A stretch of DNA of 64,000 bases, taken from an uncultured Gemmatimonadota bacterium. Lineage in GTDB: Bacteria; JAAXHH01. Below the pieces are notes generated by a model. The model was not told the origin of the DNA and did no database searches. It saw only the letters and a list, made by a program, of their open reading frames with translations. This document shows positions 19,897-28,596 of the stretch, piece after piece (the stretch's first letter is position 1; each line of letters starts with the position of its first letter). Both the position numbers and the translations under genes were made by a program. The DNA is taken from positions 736,001 through 800,000 of the forward strand of contig OX638340.1 in the NCBI GenBank assembly GCA_951812955.1, read 5' to 3'.

Positions 19897-20640
19897 ATGA
19901 CCGAATTCGAAAACGCAGTCTACGAACTGGATGTGTACGGATTCACAGTCGTGGAGCGCGTCTTAACATCCGAACAGACGGAATCCATGCGCAGCGTGCT
20001 GATGCGTCTGAACGACGAGGTGGGTGAAGAACGCGGCGGCGAAGGATCCTGCAGCCACGTAAGCAACCTGCCCACCCTGGACCCGATCTTCTTTCCGGTC
20101 ATCGATCACCCCCGAATCCTGCCCATCCTCGAGCATTACCTCGAGCCCACGTTGATCCTGGGCAGCTTGAACAGCCGCATCGTGCGGCCGGGGGACGGCG
20201 ATCAGGGCTTTCACAGCGATATCCCCGCCGAGATGCTCAACATGGCCTCGCCGGTAATGATGAACACCGTGTGGATGCTGGATGATTTCTCACCCGAAAA
20301 CGGCGGCACCCGGGTCGTTCCCGGAACCCACAAAAGTGGCCTGGGCCATCCGTCTCAGGGGGTTGAAGTAAAGTACTACGTGCAGCCAGCCGCTCCCGCG
20401 GGAAGCGTGCTGGTCTTCAATGGCCAATGCTGGCACGGGGGCGGGGCCAACCATGGCAGCGCGAACCGGCACGCACTCTTCGCGCATTACCGGAAACGCA
20501 TGCTCATGTTCCAGTACGATCCCCACGAACGGTTCCCCGTCGAATGGTACGGACTGCTCACGGACCGTCAGAAGGAAATCATGCGCATGAAGCACGGTGT
20601 GGACGCGCCCCGTGCGGCCGACGTGCAGGTTTTCAGATAG
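19897..20640 (+). CDS. phytanoyl-CoA dioxygenase (PhyH) family oxygenase, tandem paralog
   Basis: GFHSDIP...VPGTHKSG...HGGGANHGSANRHALFAHY. It lies 3 bp after the previous gene. Confidence 0.75.
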   Translation: MTEFENAVYELDVYGFTVVERVLTSEQTESMRSVLMRLNDEVGEERGGEGSCSHVSNLPTLDPIFFPVIDHPRILPILEHYLEPTLILGSLNSRIVRPGDGDQGFHSDIPAEMLNMASPVMMNTVWMLDDFSPENGGTRVVPGTHKSGLGHPSQGVEVKYYVQPAAPAGSVLVFNGQCWHGGGANHGSANRHALFAHYRKRMLMFQYDPHERFPVEWYGLLTDRQKEIMRMKHGVDAPRAADVQVFR

Positions 20641-20655
20641 TGGTCCCGGAAGGCC

Positions 20656-21669
20656 CTACAAGGACATGGCTTCCGGGTTGACGATATGGTCCGGCCGCCG
20701 TCTGTTCCAGACCTGGAGCGCCATGGTCAGCGCCATGGTCCACATCCGTTCCCTGCTCGCGACGGTCACGCCGGCGATATGAGGCGTAACCACCACGTCG
20801 TCGCGAAGGAGGAGCGGGTTGTCCGGGGACGGGGGTTCGGGGTCAAAAACATCCAGGGCAGCTCCGTTGAGATGCCCCCGTTCGAGGGCGGCGCATAGTG
20901 CGTGCTCGTCCACCAGTCCGCCCCTCGAGACGTTGACGAAGTATGCGCCCGGCTTCATCTGCGCGAAACGGTCACCGTTCATCAGGTGGCGAGTCTCCTC
21001 CGTCAGGGGAGCATGTACCGAAACGACATCCGACCCGGCCAGTACGTCTTCGATGCGGGCAATCCGTTCGATGCCCATCGCCGAAGCCTTTTCATCCTCG
21101 ATATAGGGATCGTAGGCAATCACGCGCATGCCCAGCGCAACGGCGATCCGTGCGACCCTGCCGCCGATCCGGCCCAATCCGATCAATCCCAGCGTTCTTC
21201 CGTACAGCTCCATGCCCTGGTAGCCTGACAGGTAGTCTCTCTCGGGCTGCTTCGCAAATTCATCGGAAACACGCTTTAGTTGCTTGACCGTGGCCAGGAT
21301 CAGGGCAATCGCCGTTTCGGCAGTGGACAGGGTCGGCCCATCCGGCGTATTGCAGACCGCGATGCCCCTTGCCGTTGCAGCCGGAACGACGATATTGTCG
21401 ATACCTATACCGGTCCGGCAGATGACCTTCAGATCCGGATAACGGTCCATGAAGACCCCGTCATACGACCTCCGGGCACCAGCCACGATTGCATGGGCGC
21501 CGGGCAGGTGGCAGAGCGGGTCTTCAGGCGACTCCTCGGCCGAACCAATTACGAGCAGCCGTTCATCGAACGCCGAACGTATCGCGGGAGGCATGGTGCG
21601 ATCCGACCAGAGCCTCAGCATGGGATCCTCCTGTGAACAACGGGCCGAACGAACCCGGGTTTCCGACAA
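20656..21669 (-). CDS. D-isomer-specific 2-hydroxyacid dehydrogenase (NAD-binding)
   Basis: GRTLGLIGLGRIGGRVARIA NAD-binding motif and the catalytic region VHAPLTEETRHLM...ALDVFDPEP...TPHIAGVT. The true start may be the internal Met at 21621. Confidence 0.8.
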   Translation of the reverse strand: MSETRVRSARCSQEDPMLRLWSDRTMPPAIRSAFDERLLVIGSAEESPEDPLCHLPGAHAIVAGARRSYDGVFMDRYPDLKVICRTGIGIDNIVVPAATARGIAVCNTPDGPTLSTAETAIALILATVKQLKRVSDEFAKQPERDYLSGYQGMELYGRTLGLIGLGRIGGRVARIAVALGMRVIAYDPYIEDEKASAMGIERIARIEDVLAGSDVVSVHAPLTEETRHLMNGDRFAQMKPGAYFVNVSRGGLVDEHALCAALERGHLNGAALDVFDPEPPSPDNPLLLRDDVVVTPHIAGVTVASRERMWTMALTMALQVWNRRRPDHIVNPEAMSL

Positions 21670-21865
21670 TTCAGTTGCCCGGCGGTAAACAAAACCTTAC
21701 ATTATGAATATCGTACAGCACCTCACCGCGCGCGTCCACGGGATATCATAGAACGGAAATCCATAACCGCAAGTCAATCGATATCCGGAATCGGCAAATA
21801 ACGCAGTGGTCGGGATCTTGCGCTTTCATGAATTATGAGCGACACCAAACCGGGGGAAATCTGAA

Positions 21866-23437
21866 GTGTTACGATTCTACTGCCGTCTTGCCTGTCTGAT
21901 CTGCCTGCTTGTGGCCGGACCCGCTCCAGCACAGGAACAGGAAACCGCCGCGACGGGAGCGGATTCCACCAGCGCCGGCGTCGATCCCCTGCTTTTGCCG
22001 GCGAACAGTACCGGCGACATCGATTTCACCGTGGATGTGAGCGGTTTCAGGGGGCAGGAAGAACAGATCTACCTCGAGTTCTACCTGCTGTGCCGTCCCA
22101 GTGAATTTACGCTCGAAGAAAGAGACGACAGGAAATACGTCGCCGACTTCTCGATTGATCTGAGCGTCGTCGACGAACAGGACAGCACCGTATTCCATTC
22201 GGTTCAAAAAAGGGAATACCAGACGGACCGTCCTGTAGTCGTCACCAAAAGGGGCGAGGAAAGGGTTGTGATGGAACAGATCGCCGCGGGTGTTGCCGCG
22301 GGTACGTACCGCGCGAAAGTTATCGTGACCGACCTCAACTCCGATCGCTATGGCGAAGCTGTGAAACCCTTCGTGGCCCGGCCTTTTAACGATCCCGAAC
22401 TATCTGTGAGCAACCTGCAGTTATCGACGCTCATCCAGCGGACCGAAGAGGACAATCGCTTCACAAAAAACGGTCTGCTTGTACTGCCCAATCCCCTTAG
22501 GATTTTCGAGAAATGGACCGAAATGCCCGAGGACGGCGCTTACAAACCTCGCAACATGTTCCTTTATTTCGAGATATACAACCTGGTCCCGGATTCGACC
22601 GATCAAAAGGCCACATACGACATTTATCCCGCGGTTACCAGCCATGCCAACGAAATGACTTTTCCCCTCGCTCCCAAAAAGAACAGGCGCATTTCCGGTT
22701 CCGCCGGACTAGACGTGATCGCGCTGGACTACATGACCTTTCCCGATGGTATCTTTACCCTCGACATCAGGGTCAGGGACGTGCTGGCCGGGACGGAAGC
22801 GTCGAGTTCGGCCGTCTTCGAGATCATCCAGCCTCCACCACCGCCCCCGCCCGTCATGGTGTTGACCGAGGAACAGGCTAAGCGGGGCCGGAGGATGCTG
22901 GCGATCCTGGCGAACAAACGGGAGCGCGACCTCTACGACAATCTCGACCTCGAAGGCAAGACGGAATTCCTGATTGCCTTCTGGCGCATGCGCGATCCTA
23001 CGCCCGAGACCCCTGAAAACGAATCCATGATGGTGTTCAACGAGCGGTTTTCCTATGCCGACTTTCAACTGGGTGGGGCGGAAAGCGACCGGGGCGACGT
23101 CTTCATCCGATACGGCCAGCCAGAGGAAATCGAACGGCACGATTCCAACAACATCATGAAATCCTACCAGGTATGGTACTACACGGAAGGGGTACAAGGC
23201 GATCCTTCACGGACCTCCGAAGGCGGGCGCCATTTCTTCGTTTTTGGTGACCGGCGGGGCATCGGCAGGTACGAACTGGTGCATTCCTCGGCACGGGGAG
23301 AACTCTTCAATCCCAATTGGCGCCAGGACCTGCTCCTCATGAACGAAGCCTTATTTGAGGACGGCAGTGGTTTCATGACGAATCCGGGGCTGCTCGTACC
23401 CAACAGCAGTCCGGACGCCGATCCCGCCAAACCCTGA
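21866..23437 (+). CDS. secreted GWxTD-domain protein (variant motif GAESDRG)
   Basis: Signal peptide present. The C-terminal region FWRMRDPTPETPENE...LGGAESDRGDVFIRYGQPEEIERH matches the GWxTD-domain signature as I remember it, with W->A and T->S substitutions. A poly-Pro linker PPPPPPP sits at 22834-22854. Confidence 0.55.
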   Translation: MLRFYCRLACLICLLVAGPAPAQEQETAATGADSTSAGVDPLLLPANSTGDIDFTVDVSGFRGQEEQIYLEFYLLCRPSEFTLEERDDRKYVADFSIDLSVVDEQDSTVFHSVQKREYQTDRPVVVTKRGEERVVMEQIAAGVAAGTYRAKVIVTDLNSDRYGEAVKPFVARPFNDPELSVSNLQLSTLIQRTEEDNRFTKNGLLVLPNPLRIFEKWTEMPEDGAYKPRNMFLYFEIYNLVPDSTDQKATYDIYPAVTSHANEMTFPLAPKKNRRISGSAGLDVIALDYMTFPDGIFTLDIRVRDVLAGTEASSSAVFEIIQPPPPPPPVMVLTEEQAKRGRRMLAILANKRERDLYDNLDLEGKTEFLIAFWRMRDPTPETPENESMMVFNERFSYADFQLGGAESDRGDVFIRYGQPEEIERHDSNNIMKSYQVWYYTEGVQGDPSRTSEGGRHFFVFGDRRGIGRYELVHSSARGELFNPNWRQDLLLMNEALFEDGSGFMTNPGLLVPNSSPDADPAKP

Positions 23438-23469
23438 GCGCTTTTTGCTGATATCGGGGTATAGTCTCG

Positions 23470-23545
23470 GCCTGCGCGGCTTCCATCAAGCCGGCGCAGG
23501 TCCAGCCTGAGCCGCTTCAATCCGGCGCGGCTCAGGCCTGCACGG
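23470..23545. terminator. two tandem hairpins between convergent genes (GWxTD protein / hflX)
   Basis: CCTGCGCGGC...GCCGGCGCAGG and a perfect 10-bp inverted repeat CCTGAGCCGC-N-GCGGCTCAGG. No strong U-tract, so these are probably bidirectional or Rho-assisted. Confidence 0.4.
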
Positions 23546-23551
23546 CTCACT

Positions 23552-24868
23552 TCACTCCACATACCTGCATACGAATGCGTCCAGCGTCTTGCCGAGGCGG
23601 CCGGCAACCGAAGGCATCATGCGGACCGTCAGGCGGACTCCTTCAGGTTCGTCTTCACGGTGCAGGACATCCCCCGACTCATACGCGACGGATACAGCGT
23701 GCCCATTCTCATAGGGTATCAGCAGTTCCAGTTCCACGCGATGAAGGTCGATCCTCTGTGAAATAGTCCGGCGCAAGCGGTCTATATCACCGGAATCCAG
23801 GGCGGACACCGCAATGGCGTCGGGATCGGCCAGCGTCAGGATATCCAGTGCGTCCGGACTCTCCAGGCGGTCTGTCTTGTTGAAGACCAGCAGCAGGGGA
23901 AGTTCGGAAGCTCCCAGTTCCGCCAGCACCTGGTTCACCGTCGCGATATGTTCAACGTGATTGGGATGGCTGCCGTCTACGACGTGAACCAGCAGGTCCG
24001 CGTCGTACACCTCGGTCAGCGTGCTTCTGAAAGATGCAATCAGGTGATGGGGCAGTTTTCGGATAAAACCCACGGTATCCGAGAGCAGAACGGGCTGGCC
24101 CGGGGTCAAGTGTATCGCGCGCGTGGTAGCGTCGAGGGTGGCGAAAAGCCTGTCCTCAATCAACGTGTCCGCTTGGGTGAACGCGTTGAATATCGTGGAC
24201 TTCCCTGCATTGGTATAACCGATCAGGGCGATACAGAACATGGCGCTTCGTCGCTGACGCTGGCGTTGATAGGAAGCGGTTACGTGTTCGAGATTCCTGC
24301 GCAGGTGGGTAATGCGACCGCGGATCAAACGTCGATCGATTTCCAGTTGCGTCTCGCCGGGGCCTCTTACCCCAATGGCGCCGCCCGATCCCGCCGCCAC
24401 GCCGCCTTCCTGCCGCGACAGGTGGTCCCACTGCCTGGTCAGCCGCGGCATCATATACTGCAGTTGCGCAAGTTCAACCTGAAGCTTGGCCTGCCTCGAC
24501 TTTGCACGCGAGGCGAATATATCGAGTATCAGGCCGCTGCGATCCAGAATGCGCCGTTCGATGACACGGTCCAGGTTCCTGACCTGCGCTGGTGTGAGAT
24601 CATCATCGAATATCACGAGGTCGATTTCCTCCGCCTTGCACAGTTCGGCGATCGACTTGGCCTTTCCGGTTCCGATATAAAACGCCGGATGCATGGCGCT
24701 GCGAACCTGGATGATCCGCTCTACGATTTCCGCGCCGGCGGTATCGGCCAGCAGGGCGAGCTCATCGAGCGACTCTTCCATTTCGGCGACCCGTTCGTTG
24801 GAAGGCACCATTCCGATCAACAGGGTGCGTTCGCGGGTTTTTCTGGGTATTTCGTGCATTTCATGCAT
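23552..24868 (-). CDS. hflX: GTPase HflX
   Basis: HflX N-terminal domain, then G1 GYTNAGKST, G3 DTVGF and G4 NKTD motifs. Confidence 0.85.
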   Translation of the reverse strand: MHEMHEIPRKTRERTLLIGMVPSNERVAEMEESLDELALLADTAGAEIVERIIQVRSAMHPAFYIGTGKAKSIAELCKAEEIDLVIFDDDLTPAQVRNLDRVIERRILDRSGLILDIFASRAKSRQAKLQVELAQLQYMMPRLTRQWDHLSRQEGGVAAGSGGAIGVRGPGETQLEIDRRLIRGRITHLRRNLEHVTASYQRQRQRRSAMFCIALIGYTNAGKSTIFNAFTQADTLIEDRLFATLDATTRAIHLTPGQPVLLSDTVGFIRKLPHHLIASFRSTLTEVYDADLLVHVVDGSHPNHVEHIATVNQVLAELGASELPLLLVFNKTDRLESPDALDILTLADPDAIAVSALDSGDIDRLRRTISQRIDLHRVELELLIPYENGHAVSVAYESGDVLHREDEPEGVRLTVRMMPSVAGRLGKTLDAFVCRYVE

Positions 24869-24910
24869 TATGGGCGGTTACTCTTTCAGTAGATGTTTCT
24901 GTCGGGGCCG

Positions 24911-27181
24911 TTAGGACATTGCTTTCGCGGAGAAAATCCTCTCCACGCGATTGCGGATCCGGCCGGCCAGTCCGTTTCCATGGGGCAGCGCGACTTCGTG
25001 ATCGGCCGGGCCACCATCTCCGGCAATCCGTGCCGAGTTCCCCCCGGCTCGCGTACCCGAAAGCCAGTATTCTGCCAGCATGAGCGCCATCACCAGGACG
25101 ATCAGAGATTTCCAGATTTCATATCTGCCCGTGGCGCTGAAGGTCCCGCCGCGGAGGACGTCCGGGGAGCCGTCCAGGTCCTTCAGGACAAGATACGTGC
25201 CGTATCCGAGAAATCCGGCCGCCCGTACCGGGGTGAATCGAGCCAGGTCCGATTCCCGCGTGTCCGTGTTTACCGCGAACGCCTGCACGACGGCGTCACC
25301 GTCCCGCAGCGTATACACGCCGGGTTGTTTCGCATCCGGAACTTCCACCGTTATTCCGCTCCGGCCGATACGCGAATTGACCGTCTCCGAACGGCCCGTG
25401 GGATACTCCAGGTTGAGGTCGGCGTTCGCCGGAACGCCGATCAACGGCTGCACCACCGGGTGACCGGCCAGAAATCCTCCATCGGCAACCGTCACGGCGG
25501 GATGTAGATACCTGACGCCTCGATGCATGAACGGTACAAAAGCGCTTCTCAATGCCAGGTCGCTCCAACCGGTGTTCACGTCTGAAGCGACCAGAAGCGC
25601 CCTCCCGCTGCCGGATCGGCCTTCGAGAATCGCCGGCGTGCCGTCCATGAACCGGGCGATCACCCGCGCGCCGCGGTCCGCCTCCACGGCATAGGAAGCA
25701 TAGAACCGCACCGCGCCGGTCGACATCGATTCTGCGGAACGGCCATCGAAGCGGAAAACCGGATGCTCGTAATCGACCTGGTCAATCCGGTGAAAGGACG
25801 TCTTCCGGTCCGGCATCCCCCTTCGAGCCGTAATCGAGCATCCGAAGACATCAGAAAAAAACCCGTGTCTATAAACCGCCGGGGCCACCCCTTCTCCGAG
25901 AAATACCAGGACCCCGCCACCGGAGGAAATGTAACGCTCCATGCTAGCAAGCCGCGCCGGCGTCAGTTCCATTCCTCCATCCACGATCAGTACGCCCGAT
26001 TCGTACAAATCGCTATTCAACACGTCGGCGGATGCAGTCCGCAGGTCCACGGGCGTGACCAATCCGCCCGACGGCTTCAGCACCTGCTCGATGAAGTACC
26101 TGGATTCGGTCAGTCCAACGGCGGTAACGCCAAACGCTTCCGGGACATTGAGGGTGAAATACCGCCGATTGTCTGCTGCGAGGTCATCTTCGTCCAGTTC
26201 CACATAACCGGAATACCGGCCCGGGTTGTCGATGACGACATTGAACTGAACTGAACCCGTTCCGCCCGTCTCGGCAGTAACCTGGCGGCTGTCACGCGTC
26301 TCGCCGTTTATGACGAGACGGACTTCCCTGGTCCGACTGGTCTGCCCGGTCCGACTGGTCTGCCCGGTGCGCGCCGATGCCTCGTTCCGGCTGGTAAAAG
26401 TCGCGACAAACTGCTCCGGCTGATTGCGGATCAGCAGGCCCTCGCTTACGGAAACTGCGTCGATACTTGCGTTGTCCACGTCCCTTGCCGCGTAGGGATA
26501 CAGGTAAATAGGCGTATGCGGTTCCGATTGCGCTGTCGAGTCGGTTTCCGCCATATCCTGCCAGTCGGTTCGCTGTAAATCGGACAGCAGGTGGATTTCC
26601 TTGTTCGCAGAAACAACGCCGGCCAGTTTTAGCCGCGCGAGACTCAGGGCGCCGGCGATATCCCCCGTTCTTTCCGATACTTCCGCTTCCGCCAGGCGCG
26701 CTCTGAGCACTTCCTTCCGGGCCGTGGGAACTTGCGGCATGGTCTCGGGCGGCATGGCCGACAGAATGAGCAGGCCCTCGTCGCCTTGCCGCATCCTGTC
26801 GATAATTCGGCCGGCCTCGGCCCTGGCAGCGGCAAATGGCGTATCTCCGTAGCGTCCGGCACCCATGCTGTACGAATTGTCCAGCACAATGGTATAGACC
26901 GTCCGCTGCTCCAAACCGCTGCCGAACATGGCGCCCGCCAGGCCTTCAAGAACCGGCCTGGCGAAAGCCAGCACCAGAAACAGAATGATCAGGGTGCGAA
27001 GCAATAGAAGCAGAAGTTCCCGGAGTCTCAGGGCCCGGGATCGTTGCAGGTGATGACCCCTGATGAAAATCACGGAGCTGAAGTCGACGGTGGAGACCCG
27101 CTGGCGATGAAACAGGTGCATGATCAGCGGAACGGCGACCGCTACGAGTCCAAACAGCATCAGCGCGTTCAGAAAGGTCAT
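24911..27181 (-). CDS. BatA-like membrane protein: N-terminal double-TM domain plus VWA domain
   Basis: MTFLNALMLFGLVAVAVPLIMHLF, then a second TM, is a BatA/TIGR02226-like N-terminus. The MIDAS-like motif VLDNSYSMG is present. The track ORF starts at 27205. Confidence 0.7.
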   Translation of the reverse strand: MTFLNALMLFGLVAVAVPLIMHLFHRQRVSTVDFSSVIFIRGHHLQRSRALRLRELLLLLLRTLIILFLVLAFARPVLEGLAGAMFGSGLEQRTVYTIVLDNSYSMGAGRYGDTPFAAARAEAGRIIDRMRQGDEGLLILSAMPPETMPQVPTARKEVLRARLAEAEVSERTGDIAGALSLARLKLAGVVSANKEIHLLSDLQRTDWQDMAETDSTAQSEPHTPIYLYPYAARDVDNASIDAVSVSEGLLIRNQPEQFVATFTSRNEASARTGQTSRTGQTSRTREVRLVINGETRDSRQVTAETGGTGSVQFNVVIDNPGRYSGYVELDEDDLAADNRRYFTLNVPEAFGVTAVGLTESRYFIEQVLKPSGGLVTPVDLRTASADVLNSDLYESGVLIVDGGMELTPARLASMERYISSGGGVLVFLGEGVAPAVYRHGFFSDVFGCSITARRGMPDRKTSFHRIDQVDYEHPVFRFDGRSAESMSTGAVRFYASYAVEADRGARVIARFMDGTPAILEGRSGSGRALLVASDVNTGWSDLALRSAFVPFMHRGVRYLHPAVTVADGGFLAGHPVVQPLIGVPANADLNLEYPTGRSETVNSRIGRSGITVEVPDAKQPGVYTLRDGDAVVQAFAVNTDTRESDLARFTPVRAAGFLGYGTYLVLKDLDGSPDVLRGGTFSATGRYEIWKSLIVLVMALMLAEYWLSGTRAGGNSARIAGDGGPADHEVALPHGNGLAGRIRNRVERIFSAKAMS
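26330..26365. repeat. perfect in-frame 18-bp tandem duplication (GGTCCGACTGGTCTGCCC x2) inside the BatA-like CDS
   Basis: Seen directly. On the minus strand it encodes TGQTSR-TGQTSR. Confidence 0.9.
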
Positions 27182-27412
27182 TCGACTTCCTCCACGTGGG
27201 TTCATTAATATACCCCCGGCACCTTCGCTCGTAAAGCGGTATCATCGGCTGGCCGGAGGCTGCTTGTGCGGGAATCAGCGGCACATTACAGGCGGGCGCG
27301 GGCCGGCCGGATGGCGTGTTCAGGGTCGATTTTCCTTGACACACCGGTCGGCTGGGGGTATCGTATTTCTACTATTCGGTCAAACCCGCTGGCAACCCCA
27401 GAAGGAGCGTTT

Positions 27413-28549
27413 ATGGAGGCATGGCTGGCCCTGGAAGACGGCACAGTCTACGAAGGCGAATCCTTTGGCGCTACCGGGGAAAAGGTTGGAGAAGTCGTAT
27501 TCAACACCAGCATGATCGGATACCAGGAGGTATTGACCGACCCGTCGTATAAAGGTCAGATCGTCACCATGACCTACCCGTTGATCGGAAATTACGGCGT
27601 TAATCCCGGCGATCTGGAATCGCTTCATCCGCACGTGGAAGGATTCGTGGTTCGGGAATACCAGCGAAATCCGAGCAACTGGCGTTCCACCGAAAGCCTG
27701 CACAAGTTCCTGGACGATCACGGCGTCGTTGGCATTTCCGGAATCGATACCAGGGCACTGACCCGACGGCTTCGTGTCGAAGGCGTCATGCGCGGGGTCA
27801 TATGTTCCGGTTCTGCGGCCCCGGACTCACTCGTAAATAAGGCTAGGACCGCGCATAGCATGATAGGCATGGATCTGGTCCGCGAGGTGACCACGGACCG
27901 TCCATACCGGTGGGAGGGAGATCGCCGTATCTACACAGACCCTCCTGATGGAGAACCGGACAAGATTTGGAACGACTTTGACGCGCCCGGTGATTTCCGG
28001 GTCGTCGTCATGGATTACGGAGTCAAGCACAACATCCTGCGGAACCTGGCGCGCCGTGGCTGCCAGGTCCTCGTTCTGCCGGCGGACTACACGGCCGAAC
28101 AGGTGCTGCGGATGAACCCCGACGGCATCATGTTATCCAACGGACCGGGCGATCCCGGCGCCGTTCAGTATGCCATAGAAGAGTTGAAAGTCCTCATCGG
28201 GCAGAAGCCCATTTTCGGCATCTGCATCGGCCACCAGCTACTCGGCATGGCACTCGGCGGGGAAAGGTTCAAACTGAAGTTCGGCCACCGCGGCGCCAAC
28301 CAGCCCGTAAGGCAATGCGAATCGGGACGGGTGGAAATAACCGCCCAGAACCACGGTTTCGCCATTGACGCTGCCACACTTGACGAGTCCGAGGTGGAGT
28401 TGACCCATATCAACTTGAACGACCGCACGCTTGAAGGGCTCAGACACCGGCGGTATCCGGTGTTTTCGGTACAATATCACCCCGAGGCTTCGCCGGGGCC
28501 GCACGACGCGGATTACTTGTTCGACCGATTCATTGCATCCATGCAGTAG
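27413..28549 (+). CDS. carA: carbamoyl-phosphate synthase small (glutaminase) subunit
   Basis: [20 protein letters not shown]...[17 protein letters not shown]... and a GATase region with GICIGHQLL and a catalytic Cys. GAAGGAG RBS lies 6 nt upstream. The track ORF starts at 27266. Confidence 0.9.
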   Translation: MEAWLALEDGTVYEGESFGATGEKVGEVVFNTSMIGYQEVLTDPSYKGQIVTMTYPLIGNYGVNPGDLESLHPHVEGFVVREYQRNPSNWRSTESLHKFLDDHGVVGISGIDTRALTRRLRVEGVMRGVICSGSAAPDSLVNKARTAHSMIGMDLVREVTTDRPYRWEGDRRIYTDPPDGEPDKIWNDFDAPGDFRVVVMDYGVKHNILRNLARRGCQVLVLPADYTAEQVLRMNPDGIMLSNGPGDPGAVQYAIEELKVLIGQKPIFGICIGHQLLGMALGGERFKLKFGHRGANQPVRQCESGRVEITAQNHGFAIDAATLDESEVELTHINLNDRTLEGLRHRRYPVFSVQYHPEASPGPHDADYLFDRFIASMQ

Positions 28550-28596
28550 ACCAGGCCAACGGTGCTGTTCCAGTTGGTTTCCTACAGGAGCCAGCA

